DNA from: Podarcis gaigeae
Taxonomy: Eukaryota
Assembly: GCA_964106915.2 (NCBI GenBank)
Contig: OZ066914.1
DNA length: 64,000 nt
Direction: 5' to 3' (one strand)
The notes under the pieces are model-generated. The model saw only the letters and a program-made list of their open reading frames with translations. It searched no databases and was not told the DNA's origin. Numbering within the stretch: position 1 is the first letter of the stretch; every line of letters begins with the position of its first letter. Below are positions 1 through 13,700 of the stretch, piece after piece. The position numbers and the translations under genes were made by a program.

Positions 1-1621
1 TCCATCTAGTTCAGCATCCTCTTTCCCACAGAGTCTAACCATTTACCTCTGAGAAATCCGGCAGCATGACATGAAGGCAAAAGCCCTCATTTATTGTTCC
101 CAGCATTCGGTATTCAGTATTCTTGAGTTTAGCAATGCTTCTGGTTAAGAAAATATGTGTGCCTATTTCTGGTTCATTGATCGGTCTGCCTGACTTGTCT
201 GCTTTGGGATTTAGTTTGCATACTTCTCTTGTGCAGTAAGTGTAGCGCTACCACTGTTACTATTTTTTAACATTTAACTATTTTTTAACATTTTTAACAT
301 TACACCAGCAGTGTACTTAGTGCTAAGCAGAATAGGCAAAGGATAGTCGCTGTTCAAGATTTTACAGTCTACATTCCATGAAGGACACTTGGGTAGGGAC
401 ATGTACCAAGAGGAGACTAGGAGATACTTGTTGAAATACTTTATTGCAGAGGTGGATCCTGAGGAAAGACTCAAAAAGGGGGAAGTGCCTTGACATACTG
501 AAAGGTGGAAGTTGCGTTTGGGTCTTACGAATTTCATGGCTAGAAGAAAGAGCATGAGTTAGAAAGGTAAAGAGAGGGGCTAAGGCAACTTCTGTGATGA
601 AATAATCAAGTGGCCTTAGGCAAGCTGTGATTTCTTGGTCTCCCCATATCTGCAATATCGGGAAAATAATGCTGTCCTATTTTACAAGATGTCTGTGAGA
701 CATTTCATTAAGATACGGTATGCAAAGTGTTTCAAAGCAACATAAGAACTTAACTATAAGTGAATTCATGATCTGCTTTAGAGACTTCAGTATCCTTCTC
801 CCAGGGGTTTGGGCAAGAAACCTTAATGGTGTTTTAAGTAGCATTTGACAGGGTAAATAGTTGGAAGTATGCACTACTAGTGTGGGGCTGATGCTGGAAA
901 AGACAAGCAACTCAGGAGAGAGTTACAGGGGCGATATGATCATAGGGAGATGAAATGGGAAAGGTGGCAAGGCAACTCAGGACCAGATAGCTACTTGTTC
1001 TTAATGACATACAGATATAGGTTTGTATTTGTTATAAAAATGCCCAGACAGGTGAGTGTTCTTTTACTGTCAGCTGGGGTGATGGAAAATGCAATCCATC
1101 TTCAAAATTCATTTGTCTGTTACCCAGTACCCTGCCTTGTACAGTTACGTTGTGCACTCTTATTAAATTATAGATGACTAGGCAAGTTGGGACATGCTAA
1201 TAATTTCAGATACATACTTTTCAATATTACTGTGAAGCAGCTTTCCATATATTTTATTAGCTTGTTGTTGGAAGCCATTGCAACAAATGGAAACCCCTGG
1301 TTTTCTTGCTATGTTTTAGGAAAACTTGCTCATATTCACTGCTTCTGCATCTAGCATTTCCACCTTAACAGTTTCTCCCATCTTCCTATTAGTAGCATAA
1401 CCCACTCATAAATGACATTCTCAAATATATTTCCTCCTGCTCTCCTCCATTTCATTGGTCAGGACTCAAACAAGCAATTCCAAGCAAAATCCCATTACAG
1501 GCTTTTAATGTTCTTTTTGGCCTGATAGTGAGCTTTTGCCATTGCTTTAAAACTAGAGTGAAAAGCACACCACTCCTACAAATCCTTAGTACAGTCATAA
1601 CAGAAGAGGGAACCTTTGGAG

Positions 1622-2217
1622 CATAGCTGTCAACTTACAGATTTGAAAATAAGGGACCAGCAGCCTTGAAAATAAGGGACCAGCAGCCAAAATAAGGGAC
1701 CTGCAGCCTCACCTGTTCCAGGCACTCCAGTCTTCCTGTCCTCCTGCAGTCTGGTCAAACTCATGCTGGTAGCTTCAAGAACACTGTCCAACCAACTTTG
1801 TAACCAGAGGTTCAATTGAATAGAATCTGAATCACATGCACCACAAGGCCTATGCAGCCTCAACTTAATATGGCTCCCTGGCCTGGCTTTGCACTGCAAA
1901 GTTTGCAGCAGCACATGCAACAAAATGGCGTCCAGCATTCAAAAAACCCCTCAGCTTGCATTAACTAGCCACACACAAGGCATGCAAGCTCCACCCCCCC
2001 AGTCGTTCTTAGACATCTTATTGGGTGAGCAACACAGCCAAGCAACACAGTTGGAGCCTCCCTCCTCCCTGGCCGGCAGGGAGGGAGGGAGAGGAGCTGC
2101 TTCCTTTGAAATTTAAAGGATGACATTTAAGGGACACCTATCAATAAGGGACAGCAGCGGGACATGGCGCTGGAATAAGGGACTGTCCCTTCAAATAAGT
2201 CACACTTGACAGCTATG
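1622..2217. mobile_element. Non-autonomous hAT-type DNA transposon (MITE)
   Basis: Perfect 12-bp TIR CATAGCTGTCAA/TTGACAGCTATG; perfect 8-bp TSD CTTTGGAG (1614-1621, 2218-2225); subterminal AATAAGGGAC repeats at both ends. Confidence 0.9.
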
Positions 2218-5200
2218 CTTTGGAGTAGCATTTGTAGTGGTAGTTCATTGGATGGAGGCAATAGAAGGAATTAATGCATCCGTATGCTGTTTTTGAACAC
2301 CGGGGGCGGGGGGAGGATGCTGGTAGCTCTATTACTAATCATATTTAGATTTTGAAGAGCCAGCAGCTGCTAATTGTGCAACTCTTCTTAGAAGAGCTTT
2401 CGGACCAGTAGGCAGTTCTGAGAACTACTATGGTGAGAGTACTCCTTGGAGAGCTCTTTCCTGTGAATAATAAATGGGAATTGAAGTTTTATTTCTCTTG
2501 TAAATCAAGCTGGACTTGATTCACTTGATTCGAGTACCTCTATTATGATCAACGGAGTGGTGTGCCACCCATGTGCGAGACTGAGGCAAGAACTGTGCTT
2601 TCAAGAAAAGAAGAAAGGTGGTTCTGTGCCAAATTTAGCAGCTGTTGTTCAAATCCTGTTTGTAAGTAACAAGTGAAACTTTCCGGGGTTGCCATGGTAT
2701 GCATGGCATACAATTTCACATAATCGTTCTGCGGCATACTGTAGCTGTTGTTTGGCAGTGGGTCATATTTGCATCAGCACTATAGCTAATCTCTTTTAAA
2801 AGCCCAGTTATGAGATGTGTGGAAGAAAGTGCTGTTGAGAGCATCCTGGTATATTGCTCTTGACCCATAATAATATTGAAGACAGGGAGATGCTCAGATA
2901 TCTTGATAGGATTCTATGCTTTTGATGTTCCAAAATTATTTATGCAGAATGCAAACTGATTAGGTGATGAGAGAGGAAGGAGGAGGTGGTATGGCGTTTG
3001 ATTCAAAGTTTGAAACAACACACTTACCTAGGAGCAAGCCCTGTTGAACATGCATAGTATGTATAAAAGCGTGTTCTGTGTATTTTTTTAGGGTGTGCTT
3101 TTTGTCCTGATGCCCCTTTTCAAGGTGGTTTAAATTAGTTAGTTAATTAGTTAGTTAATATCCCACTCTTCTTCCCAAAGGAGCTTAGGATGGCAAACAA
3201 CAAGTAATAAAACAATAAAAATAATTCCAATATGGATTCAGACAGCAAATTATCTCAATTCAAAAGGTTGGATGAAAGAGGACGGTCTTGAGTGGGCATC
3301 CAAAAGACAACAGAGGCAGCTCCTGTCTGATATTCAAGGGGAGGGAATTCCTAAGGGTAAGTGTCACTGCACTAAAGACCACCTGATAAGATGGTATTTG
3401 TAGGAGGCCCTCCCTTGCAGAGTGCAGTGATCATTTGGGCACATAAGAGAGGTAAGACGATATTTCAGGTATCCTGCTCTTAAGACAGTTGCTTGCCTTT
3501 TAATGTCGCATCAAAAATTATCACTTGAAGTGGACCATTTCCCTTCACCATAGGGCCTGTCCTTCATGGATCTATTTTGATTGAATTTTTAAGTAGGTTA
3601 GATGAGCCTCCTATGGAAGATCTATATAGGAATGGTTCTGGAGAGGGGATAGATGGGCCCTGAAGAATTTTCTGTGTTTGAAATTGTATAATCTCATTTC
3701 TCTGCTTTTTCTGTTTTTGGTCTCTCAAAATACCTTGAGGATTAATCAGCCTTCAGAACTTGCCTGAGGAACAGTATCTGGTGGATATCAAGCAACACGT
3801 TTACAAAATGAAATTCTATCTTGCCAAGTGCTAGTAACTCAGTGTAGTCTTTGTTTTTCCCCTAATCTGTGTGTAGGGCTTAGATGTCACTACAGATTGG
3901 AGATTGTTGTTGGGTGTCGACTTTGTAATCCAATACCGTACATGCAGTGTATCAAGTGCTGCCTTCTGAACTGCAACACACCACCAGAGCTGTATCAGCA
4001 ATTCATGGGAGGGAGGATGGATGTGTATTGGACACAAGGTCCTTTTGCAATGAGTAACAGTATCACTTCCCACCTCTTGGTTCTCAAGTACACTAACCTT
4101 TGATAAACTTTACGATTTTAGGATAGGAAGGGGGGGGAGGTTCTAGGATGGCCCTGCAGGGTGGTGCTTTTGATGTGACAGCTCACCTGAAAGAGGGCAG
4201 GAGTTGTGCGTCACACTTCAGCATGTAGCCTGAATGGTAGACAAAGTCCTGTTCTAGAATGTTATGGATGTTGACAGTTCTTTTGGCAGAGAGGCAGTTT
4301 GCTTTGAGATAGCATAGAAGCTTGTTGTCAGAACAAAGGTTAGTGCTGTCCGTTGGCTCTGTACTGGTGGTAGGAACAGAACATAATAACGGTGAAGTGA
4401 AACTTCAGGGACAACAATATTTTTGTGAGAGAAGTCAACTGCTAAGAGCCCAAAGTATGTCCAGCCAAAAGAATGTTTTTTAATCAAGTTAGAGACGAGA
4501 TGTCTGGTATAAATCCTTTTCAGGCTGTCTAGAGGACCATGCAACACCACGTCTGCATCCTAGTACACTGGAGTTCCACACTACTGCCAATTCTGTGAGC
4601 TGCTACTGGTTGTACAAGGTCAGCACTGTCCCCAAATAACCTAAAGGGCTTATCACGTGAGCAGTCTACTCTAGGGTGGCATGTCTTTATAGGTGAGCAA
4701 GTTCCCTTCTGTTTGAGGGTATATTAGATCCACTTATTTTGTCGTCTAATGCATTAAATACCAGCCATTTTACAAGGAAATGGGTGTGAATACACCTTTC
4801 TGGCTCAATAGGTGTTGTAGGCATTTTAGTTTCTTTCATATGTATGCTGTGACATTTTTCTTCCTCTCCCTGCCTTCAAATCCACTAGCATCTGTTTAAC
4901 AAGATTGCCTGATAAGCATCCTAGCACAAAAGGTGAAAGGGGCATATTCAGCATGTTGAGGGAAGCCTCATTGCTAATCCCCTGCAAGTCAGGTTGCTGG
5001 ATAAAATAGGTGAATGTTATTTTAGAGCCAGGATTGGACTGTGCTTTGCTTGTGCCTCCTGCTGCCTCTCCTGGCTCTTTGCACAAGGGACTGTTTGATT
5101 GAAACCTAGACTGAATTCTTTTGGCACTGCCTTGATGAGTCAGCAGGCATGTGCTGTGAAGAAACAGCCAGCCTCCAGTAGGAACATAGCAATTTAAATG

Positions 5201-5246
5201 TCAGATTTTCTTTGGGTAGGAAAGCTGATTCCCAATATTATTATTA

Positions 5247-5252
<6 letters not shown>

Positions 5253-5290
<38 letters not shown>
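5253..5290. repeat. (CA)n microsatellite
   Basis: Read directly. Confidence 0.95.
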
Positions 5291-5292
<2 letters not shown>

Positions 5293-6017
5293 TGTAATGA
5301 AAAGGGCAAGGGCAAAGTAATCCATTTAACCTCAGAACATAGGTTAGCAAACACCCCCAACACTAGGTCTGAATATTTTCAGGAATGCTTTCTAGCATGA
5401 AGTTTATCACTGGTTCAATACCCCTTTGGCTATCAAAATGTCACCTTGCCGCTTATCAGCACCCCATGTCATCCTCTGCAAAAAGTAGCTTGATTTTGTA
5501 GACATGCTTATTTTTCAAACTATGTGTGTGCTCTTGTTCCAACTACTTGCTCTGTATTCTGGCAAGATGTGTGGAGGACAAAATTGCTTAGAAAAATGAC
5601 TGAATTATCTGCTCCTTCTCCTTTTTGGGAACCAAACTCTGAACCTTGGGACTTCCATTCCCAAGCTCTTCCGCAACAGCTCCAGAAGGATTTGTTGCCT
5701 GGCTGGGTAACCAAGTGAAGAACCTATAGTGCTGGAGCTAGGTTTAATAAACAAAGTTCTGCTGTTATGTCTAGTTCTGTTCTTGGTTCTAGGCTTTCTG
5801 TGGTATAAGATGTAAAAGAACTGGTGGATGGAAGAATCCTGCATGAGAATAAGAAACACAAAGGTGCAAGCAGGAATACTGAGCAACTATTGCTAGCTTA
5901 TTTGCATTATAAACAAGTGTTTATGTTGTTAACCTCATTCCCCTGCCATCCCCTTGCGCAGGAGAAAAAGCCCTTTTCTGGCTGTTCTTCCCTGTAGCAC
6001 AAGCCTTCCTGGTGGTT

Positions 6018-6172
6018 TAATAATAATAATAATAATAATAATAATATAATATGCCGCCCCATCTGACCGGGTTGCCCCAGCCACTCTGGGTGGCTTCCAG
6101 CAACACACACATAAAGTAAAACATCAAACATTAAAAATTTCCCTATACAGGGCTGCCTTCAGATGTCTTCTG
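6018..6172 (-). mobile_element. LINE 3' end (L2-like) with (TTA)n tail
   Basis: (TAA)n at 6018-6046 followed by GCCCCATCTG...CCCCAGCCACTCTGGGTGGCTTCC; comparable decayed LINE pieces at ~3140-3480, 22440-22930 and 44560-44800. Confidence 0.5.
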
Positions 6173-6401
6173 AAAAATAATAATATATGTCCTTTGTATG
6201 CTGTAATCTGGTCTTTTTCTCAGCCTTGATGGCACTGTCTTTCATTAGTCATCTTACCAACGACAACAGAGATTTACTGGAGTGCTTCCTTTGGGCCTTG
6301 TAAAGTTCACATGTTTGTTTCTTTCAGGCTGGTCATGGTGAAGATGCCGCTCTGACTCCGGTTCACCAGCTGTACTCACTGAGAGTGTGGGATGGCTCTA
6401 C

Positions 6402-7795
6402 ATGGCCTCTGTAGGGCCAGAAGCCTATAGCCTTGGCCTCAAGAGGGGAAACCAGTTCCAGGTGGGCATTGCACCAGGGCTGACGGTGCCGCCACTCACA
6501 ACAAAGCTTCACGAGAGTAAGGCCTGGTACCTTGCTAAGCAGCAGGTGAAGCCCATTTGGCAGCTGGAACAGAAGCATGTGACCAATTTTCAGGACCTCC
6601 AATCGGTCCACTCAGGGATTTCTTCCCAGCGTCCCCGCCTCTTGTACCCAGAGTCATTATGTAGTGATACAGCATTCCTGACTTCACCTCCACCTTTGCC
6701 CCACGCTCTCCCAAACTTCCTCGGAAGCACCTTGCTCTACCGACGTTCTTACTTCAGACACAAGCCTTATCGGAGGCTTGAGTCCATCTGTTTGCAGCCA
6801 ACTTCTTTGGAGAAGAAACCTTTTTGTGCTCCGCTCCCTGCCTATCGCTCTGTTCTCAACAACACCATGACATCCTCCGCCATAGACCCATTCTTTATGC
6901 CGAATACTGCTGCTGACTGCTCCAATCCAGTGTCAAAGGGGTTCCCCCTAAGCTCAGGGAAGCAAAACTCCAATTCATACAGGCCAGTGCTAAACAATAA
7001 CTCTTTCCTTCGGCCAACTAGTGCAAAAGTGCCTTTGCAGCAGCAGTACCACCAACCGCTGCCACCAGAAAATAAGAAGCTAAAAGGCTTGTCAAGACCT
7101 ATTGGCTTCTCTTGGACCCACTCTGGTGGAAATGGAGATGGCGCTCCTGCGAACCTTGAAAGAAAGCTTGGGAAAAACAGTGGCATAACTCTTGAGCAAC
7201 CCAGTGCCAAATCTCCTCGCTCGGCCATTCACAATGGCGTGGTTCTCAAAGTGGAACGGCCCTCCTGGCGACTCGAAGATGGTGAGAACAGGTCTCAGAA
7301 CCTGAAAGAGCAAGATGTGCGGTTGACAGAAGCTATGCGGAAGCTGACTGCAAATGGGATCCGGAAGGTTAGCACCTACAACGAATTTGGTCACCGCATT
7401 GACAGCTCTTGCCTTATGAATGCAAACTTCCACTCCAGTCTTTTCAATCGATGGAAGCCACACATAGTAGCACAGATCACCCCAAAGGACGTACCAGCTG
7501 CCACCTCCCCAAATCTGGAGCCTGGTAGCCGCCACCAGAGCCTTATGGTCACAGAAGCTGCCGATGTCTGCACTAAACGCATCGATGTTCGTTTCTTAGC
7601 CTCAAATCCTGAACCTTCCAACCACTGCGCCTTGAGTCAGACTGTCAACCACACCTCTGTAAACGCTGGAGAACAAGTGGTAAAAACAGAGCTGTCCCCA
7701 CGGACTACAGTCTCTGAGGTAGAGACAAAAATTTCCTCTCTTCAGTTAGGCACGGATACAAAATGGGGGAACCCTGTTACTGTGAAAGAGACCGA
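6402..7795 (+). CDS. TTLL4: TTLL4 coding exon 1 (exon starts at acceptor 6328; ATG 6402)
   Basis: Within the 470-aa ORF; acceptor tttctttcag|, donor GA|gtaagt. Confidence 0.93.
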
Positions 7796-10700
7796 GTAAG
7801 TACTCTGGCAAATATGTCTGTTGGGGTGGGTTAGTGTTTCCCTTTCAGTACTCTTTGTGGCAATAATTGCCAACCTGTAGCCCTCCAAGTGTTGCTGGAT
7901 TACACTTCCCACAATCCCTGAATCATTGACCATGCTGTCTGTCGGGCTGGGCGAAATCAGCTTTTCAACAGTGCGGTATATCATCAGCCAAACATCGCAG
8001 TCTGGTAATATACTGTATTGTTGAAAAAACAAGCTGCATTGGCCTCAGCCAGTGAGATCCCAGGTGAAACTGCCGCATCTCTCACTGTGGAAACTGAGGC
8101 GGTTTCACCCTAGTGCCTAGTGGGCTAGGACAACACAGCTTGTTTGCATAGCTCAGCTGGGGCGCAGGAAGGCTCCCAATCCCCAGCAGTGCCCCCCCCA
8201 CTTGTGTGGGAGCCAGCACCGGGCTGGGGGGATCCTTTAACTGCTCAGCTGAGCAGAGTGGCAGCCACACGTGCCTCAGCTGAGAAGTTCAAAGATGAAG
8301 AGGGAGGAAAAAGTTGTATTGACGCCTTGCCAATGAAGCTTGTTTCTCCCTCTGCACAATATGAGGGCAGAGTGGGATGGCGGTTTCACTCAGCAGTGTA
8401 TCACTGGTGAAACCGCTGCTCCTCCTGAGTCCCTCTGCTGGCAGCGCCTGCTGGAAGGAGTCAAGAGTCTTGACTTCCTCCAGCAAGCGTTACTAGCAGA
8501 GGGACTCAGGAGCGATGGCAGTTTCACCAGCGATATACCGCTGAGTGAAGCTGACTTTGTGGTCTGCTCCTCATACTGGCCCTGGACCAGTATTTATATG
8601 TCGCTCAGGCCTAGCTGACTGGGGCTGATGGGTGTGGGAGTCCAACTGCATCTGGAGGTTAATCACCCTTTTCTTATGATAAGGACTGTGTTTGATATAG
8701 TAGAATATGCTAAAGAACTCAGTAGCAAAGTGTTCCTATGATGTAAGCATATTTAAGCTTGGTCATCAATCGGTGTTCGATACGCCTTGGATGGTTTTGC
8801 AGCCTTCACTGTCTCCCAAACGTCTCTCAAATCAGATGGCAATTCTGCTTTTCCACTGGTAGCCCATTGTTTTGACAAGTGTGCCACAAGTCAAGTCCAA
8901 AATTTGCCACTTGAACTATTCCTCCCTTTCTCTCCACACCACTTCTATCACTAACATGGGTTAATGTTATTTGGGATATCTTGCCTTGTCTGTGATCTCC
9001 TGGTCTGTTGTTGGGTGTAGAGATCTTTTTGCTTTGCTAACTGAGAGGAGTTACAGAGCTTCACTTTAGGGCTGTAACCCTTTGTGTTGTAGAGCTGCAG
9101 TCAACCTCCCCCTGCTGGACCAAGCAGAGGTGGAAGATGTAGAGGAAGAGCTCCCGGACGGCTTGGAAGATGCCTGCAGTCAGGATGAGGAGGGCGAAGA
9201 GGAGGATGGGGAAGGTCAGCAGTCACATTTATTTCCTCTCTTCAAAGTACAAACAAGCCTACTCACCACACATAAAACAGAGAAGGGTTTTCATACACTG
9301 ATTATTCTGTTAATACAAATATACTAATTGCTGTCATTTCAAAACACAGCTTGAATCTAGTAAAAAGCTAAAACGATTCCTACTACAGTTGTCCATGCTT
9401 ACTATTAGGGCATGGATATATTGCAAATTACTCTGTAATATCAAGAGAGAAAGAACTGTATTGCAACAAATAAAATTGCTAGCTTGAATTCTATAATTTG
9501 CCTTGTGGGCACCTTCAGCCTATGCACTTTCTACACTTGTAAAACTTGTTTTGAGTGATATTTAGTGAACTGCTATTGTAGGCAAAGCAACAGTCTGATC
9601 TCCATTTACATTTTACTGGTGCATTTTATCAAGCATTCAGTTAATTGTTTTCTGGTTACCCAGAGACAAACTTTTTAAATCTACTGTCTTGAAACAGTTC
9701 AGAGTGAGATAATTTTACCATTGAATGTACAAGGCCTGACAATATTTCTAGATCATAAACAGCAGTAATAGCTTTCAGTACTGAGGCAGAGCAACACTAA
9801 TTCACTGCTGCTGGAAGGGCCTCTGTATCCTATGCAACCCAGCGAGAAGGGTGGGGTATAAATAAAATAATAAGTTGTTACTACTACTACTACTACTACT
9901 ACTACTCAGTCTGAGAAGGGAGAGCCCAACCTACAGATATGTGTGATGCTTACAGCTGTGCCCCAGTTTAGCTGTTCCACCAAAAAATCTGTCATGGTGG
10001 TGGCATATCTTGAATTCTGCAGGCATGATACGGCTTCTGTCAAATCCCATTGCCCCTCAGCTAGCAGATCTTAACTACAGGACTTCATCTTCAGTATTCG
10101 TGCTAGGAATGTTCTGATCAAACCCAGTAAATACTTGTGTGTGGATTTATTATAATTGTTGCTGTCTTGCTACGGTTTGGGACAATGCTACTCACCCTAT
10201 TGACCCATTCTGTCCCCCACCCCTAATCTTCTTGCATGAGAGTGTGGAAGAAAGCTGCACTTAGGGTGATTACTGTAGTTCTTGCTAACATTGTGATGTA
10301 GCAGCCTGACATTTTCAGCTGTGTTTTAGTTCAACCATTTTATTGCTTTAGTATATTGCACTGTGGTTCAACACTCTTATGGTATCCTTTTGTAAATAGA
10401 AGGCAAACTTTAACTTACGGGAAGTGACATAGAGAATGATATTCTATCCTCTTCTAACCTTACCATGGGGTCCTTTATTATGGTGTACAAATAAGGAAAT
10501 TGATGGCTGTGTGGAAGAGCAGGCAAATAATGGATATCCTCTCATTGTCAAGATCCGGGATCTGATTTGAGGTCATTGTGCAGAAACTATGGTGCCCTTT
10601 AAATGTAGCTGCACGGGGGGGCACTTATCAGTAAGCGGCTCCTTTGCTGCTCAGAAAACTCTGGAATTACGCAAACACCTCTCATGAGTAGGGGCAAGAG

Positions 10701-13700
10701 AGGTGGTTTGCTATTTAAACATTCTTCCAGTCACGTAACAGTTGCTTGTGTATTAAGATCAGCTATCTGAGAGAATGTCTAAAAGAGGTTGAATTTCTTC
10801 AGGATGTTCATGGAGTGTAGCCAAGATTTTTCATTCATTAAACTATTTTTGCCTTTTTTCTTTAGGTGAATCGGATGGCTCCTCTTCATCCGGATTATCC
10901 CCCAATGGTTCTGTAGCTATTATATCCAGGTTCGTTTTAGGAATGTTCTGTCTGTAATGCATTGGATCCTTTTGTTCTTGGATAATCCCATGGGATGGCC
11001 ACCTGGAGACCCTGATCTGTTTGCCTTGGTGAAATCACTTGGCTTGCACTTGCTGGCTGTGCCCATCTGCAAAGAGAAACAGAGATTCTAAGCAGTCAGG
11101 CTGAAAGGCAGCTTAGTTTTCATTCTGGGTTGGTGTTTCTTGGCCAAAGCAAACCTCACTTTCTCAGTCAATGTGTTGGTCAAGAGCCTCAGGAATTAAA
11201 CTGAATGGCATATGATGGAAATGGATGTCCCAGAGAAAGTGTTGTGCTGCTCACTTCTCCAACTGTGCCTGGTATTCTTTTCCTAGGAATTGCGTTGAGG
11301 GATTGGTGCCTACACTAGAGGGCCAAGAACGAATTCTCAAGCCAGCTCTTACATGCAGCCTGTTCCCCAATGTGTCTCCCACAATATATTTTGGTACCCG
11401 GGATGAGAGAGGTAAGGTGGATCCAAATTCATTGCACTGAACAGGCAATGCCAGAAAACCCTAGTGTACTATAGTGGTGGAGTGGATTCTAGGGTGGGGA
11501 GATGATGGATGCATGTGGTCATGTCATTTAAGTGTGTCATTTAAGCCTTTCCAATGGAGTTACTAAGGTCTCCAGGTGATGTGAAGAGAAAACCTTAAAT
11601 CTAGATTTATATCTGTGGAGCTGTAGGATTTTGAGATCACCAGCAAAGAGGTTCAGCACTGAAATGGCTGAAATAGCAGCTGAGATGCTGGAAGGTACAG
11701 TAATATTTGATGGGCATTCACTTTGACCCTCAATCTTAATCCCACCATAGGTGGAGTATGTATTTTTCCTGCCCTGCCCTATGATGGGGTGAGTGGACAT
11801 CCAGATTCCCTTGTAGCAGAGATGGTCCCATTTGTCGTATTTTGCTCTGGCCTGGGTGCTTTCAGATTGGAGAGCAGGCATTATCGCAGCATCACAACAA
11901 CCTTTGGTCTTTGAAGAATTAAAGCTGGTCTTAACCTGTTGGGATGTACACATAGACCGACTCAGCATGATTCTTGCTATAGATAGCATAATTCCTCAAA
12001 CTTCTTGAGCTTAGTTTCGCTATCTGCCTTTTAAACTTCTGCCTTCCCCCTCCCCAATTCAGGACTAGCCACCTGTCCCATTGCATAGCATGGAGATCAA
12101 GGCAGCAGCTCTTCCCAGATCAGACTGGCCCTCTGTTAGAGGGCTTTCAACCTATCCATTTATTCACTGATGAGAGGAGGGAAGTCCCACCTGCCTCAAA
12201 ATCCTGTTCCTCCCAGAAACTTTGCACATTCCTTCAGGTGTGTTGTGCTTCTCAGTTTGGGAACCGCTGTTCTATGGACAAGTGACAGAGCTCTTGCCAA
12301 GGGTTTTCTTTCACTTGGTGATCTGATTCTGTTGAAATTCATTGAATAAAAATCTTACCCTTCTATCACTTCATGACAAATTGATGTCCTCAGCCAAAGG
12401 AGATGCTCCCTTGGTTGGGTTTCCCTTCTAACCTTAGAATTTCTTTCTTTCCTAGTGGAGAAGCTCCCTTGGGAACAGAGGAAGATGCTACGATGGAAGA
12501 TGAGCACAGTGACTCCCAACATTGTAAAGGCAACAATCTCCAGGTCCCACTTCAAAATCAGCAAGAGTGAGTTGTATTGTGGGAATGGTCTGTGGGTGAT
12601 GTTGCCTCCTGCCTTAAATACACCCAGACTCACAGCTTTATCTTGGAATAGTGCTAATGTTTGGAAATGAACTGTCCCACTTTCAGACGCAGATCTTCAG
12701 TAGCAGAGCAACAAAAGCTCCCATAGAATTGATTACTCTAATGCACCTCCCTTGCATGGAGGTCTCTGAAAGATGCTGCAAATCATGAAGCTGCAGATCT
12801 AATTGTGGCTCTTCCACTGCTTCCCTCTTAAGTCTTGGGCAAGCTTCATGGCACTTCTGCCTATGTGTATGCCCTTGGGCAGCTCTTGTCCAGATGGATA
12901 CTGACCACAGAGTGCTAATGTTTACTGCAGAACAGCAAGCGCTGCAGTATGGTCTGTACTTACAAACTGGGGAAGAATGTTCAAGACATGGAATAAAATT
13001 CCATGTCCTAGCAATTCTCGTAGAGTTTGCTTATACATCTGATGATCTGTGTCTTGTAATGCAGAGCTGTAGCTGCTCTTTCCAGTAGGCTGTTTAATAA
13101 ATGCAGCAATCCTTCACCCCCTACTCTTCCAATAAGAGGAGACTTAGATGGATAGGGATTGTGGGGGCTTTAATTTGACATCTCCTGCCTGCTCACCTGT
13201 AATTGAATAGGCTTTGATGTCGCAGTATACCCTGTGATGCTGATGCTACAATCTTTTTAGAGTTGTGTACAGTTTATTGTGGCTGCTCGTATGAGGCCAC
13301 TCTTGGTTCATGTGGAAGGGGAAACATGGATAAGGCAGGAAAATTATTTCCAATTCATATTTTCCAAACTGAAATTTTTTATATGCCTGAGATTGTTGCA
13401 GTTCTTGAGCATAAACAGAATATATATATCAATGTGATGTTCAGAGAATAGTCTGTGAACTGCCCTATTGCCCACAGGAAACAATGACTGGCTGGGCTGC
13501 TGGGGCCATCACATGAAATCTCCGGGGTTCAGAGTTATCAGAGAACATCAGAAGGTATGAGATATGGTCATGACTACAAAAGGACATATTAAAGAATATA
13601 ATACAGTGTGGGGAAAGGGCATGAGATGCATTTCACTCTGGCCTTTTCTGCCTTTTTCTGATACTTTCCTGTTTTCTGCTGCAATGTTCTCTTTCCCTTA

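Noticed and set aside
347-493. Short + frame reading ILQSTFHEGHLGRDM, reminiscent of a Gypsy integrase zinc-finger HxxxH
   Set aside because: No downstream CxxC or other LTR-element sequence; too short to distinguish from chance without an HMM search.
1-6327. TTLL4 promoter and upstream non-coding exons (e.g. donor-like CAG|gtgagt near 1051)
   Set aside because: No CpG island or paired acceptor-donor I can support; the promoter is probably left of the window.
6842-7621. Antisense ORFs of 76-147 aa
   Set aside because: Shadows of the large TTLL4 exon; no recognisable motifs.
11537-11989. 150-aa minus-strand ORF in a TTLL4 intron
   Set aside because: No recognisable domain or splice-site support; likely chance or a decayed repeat.
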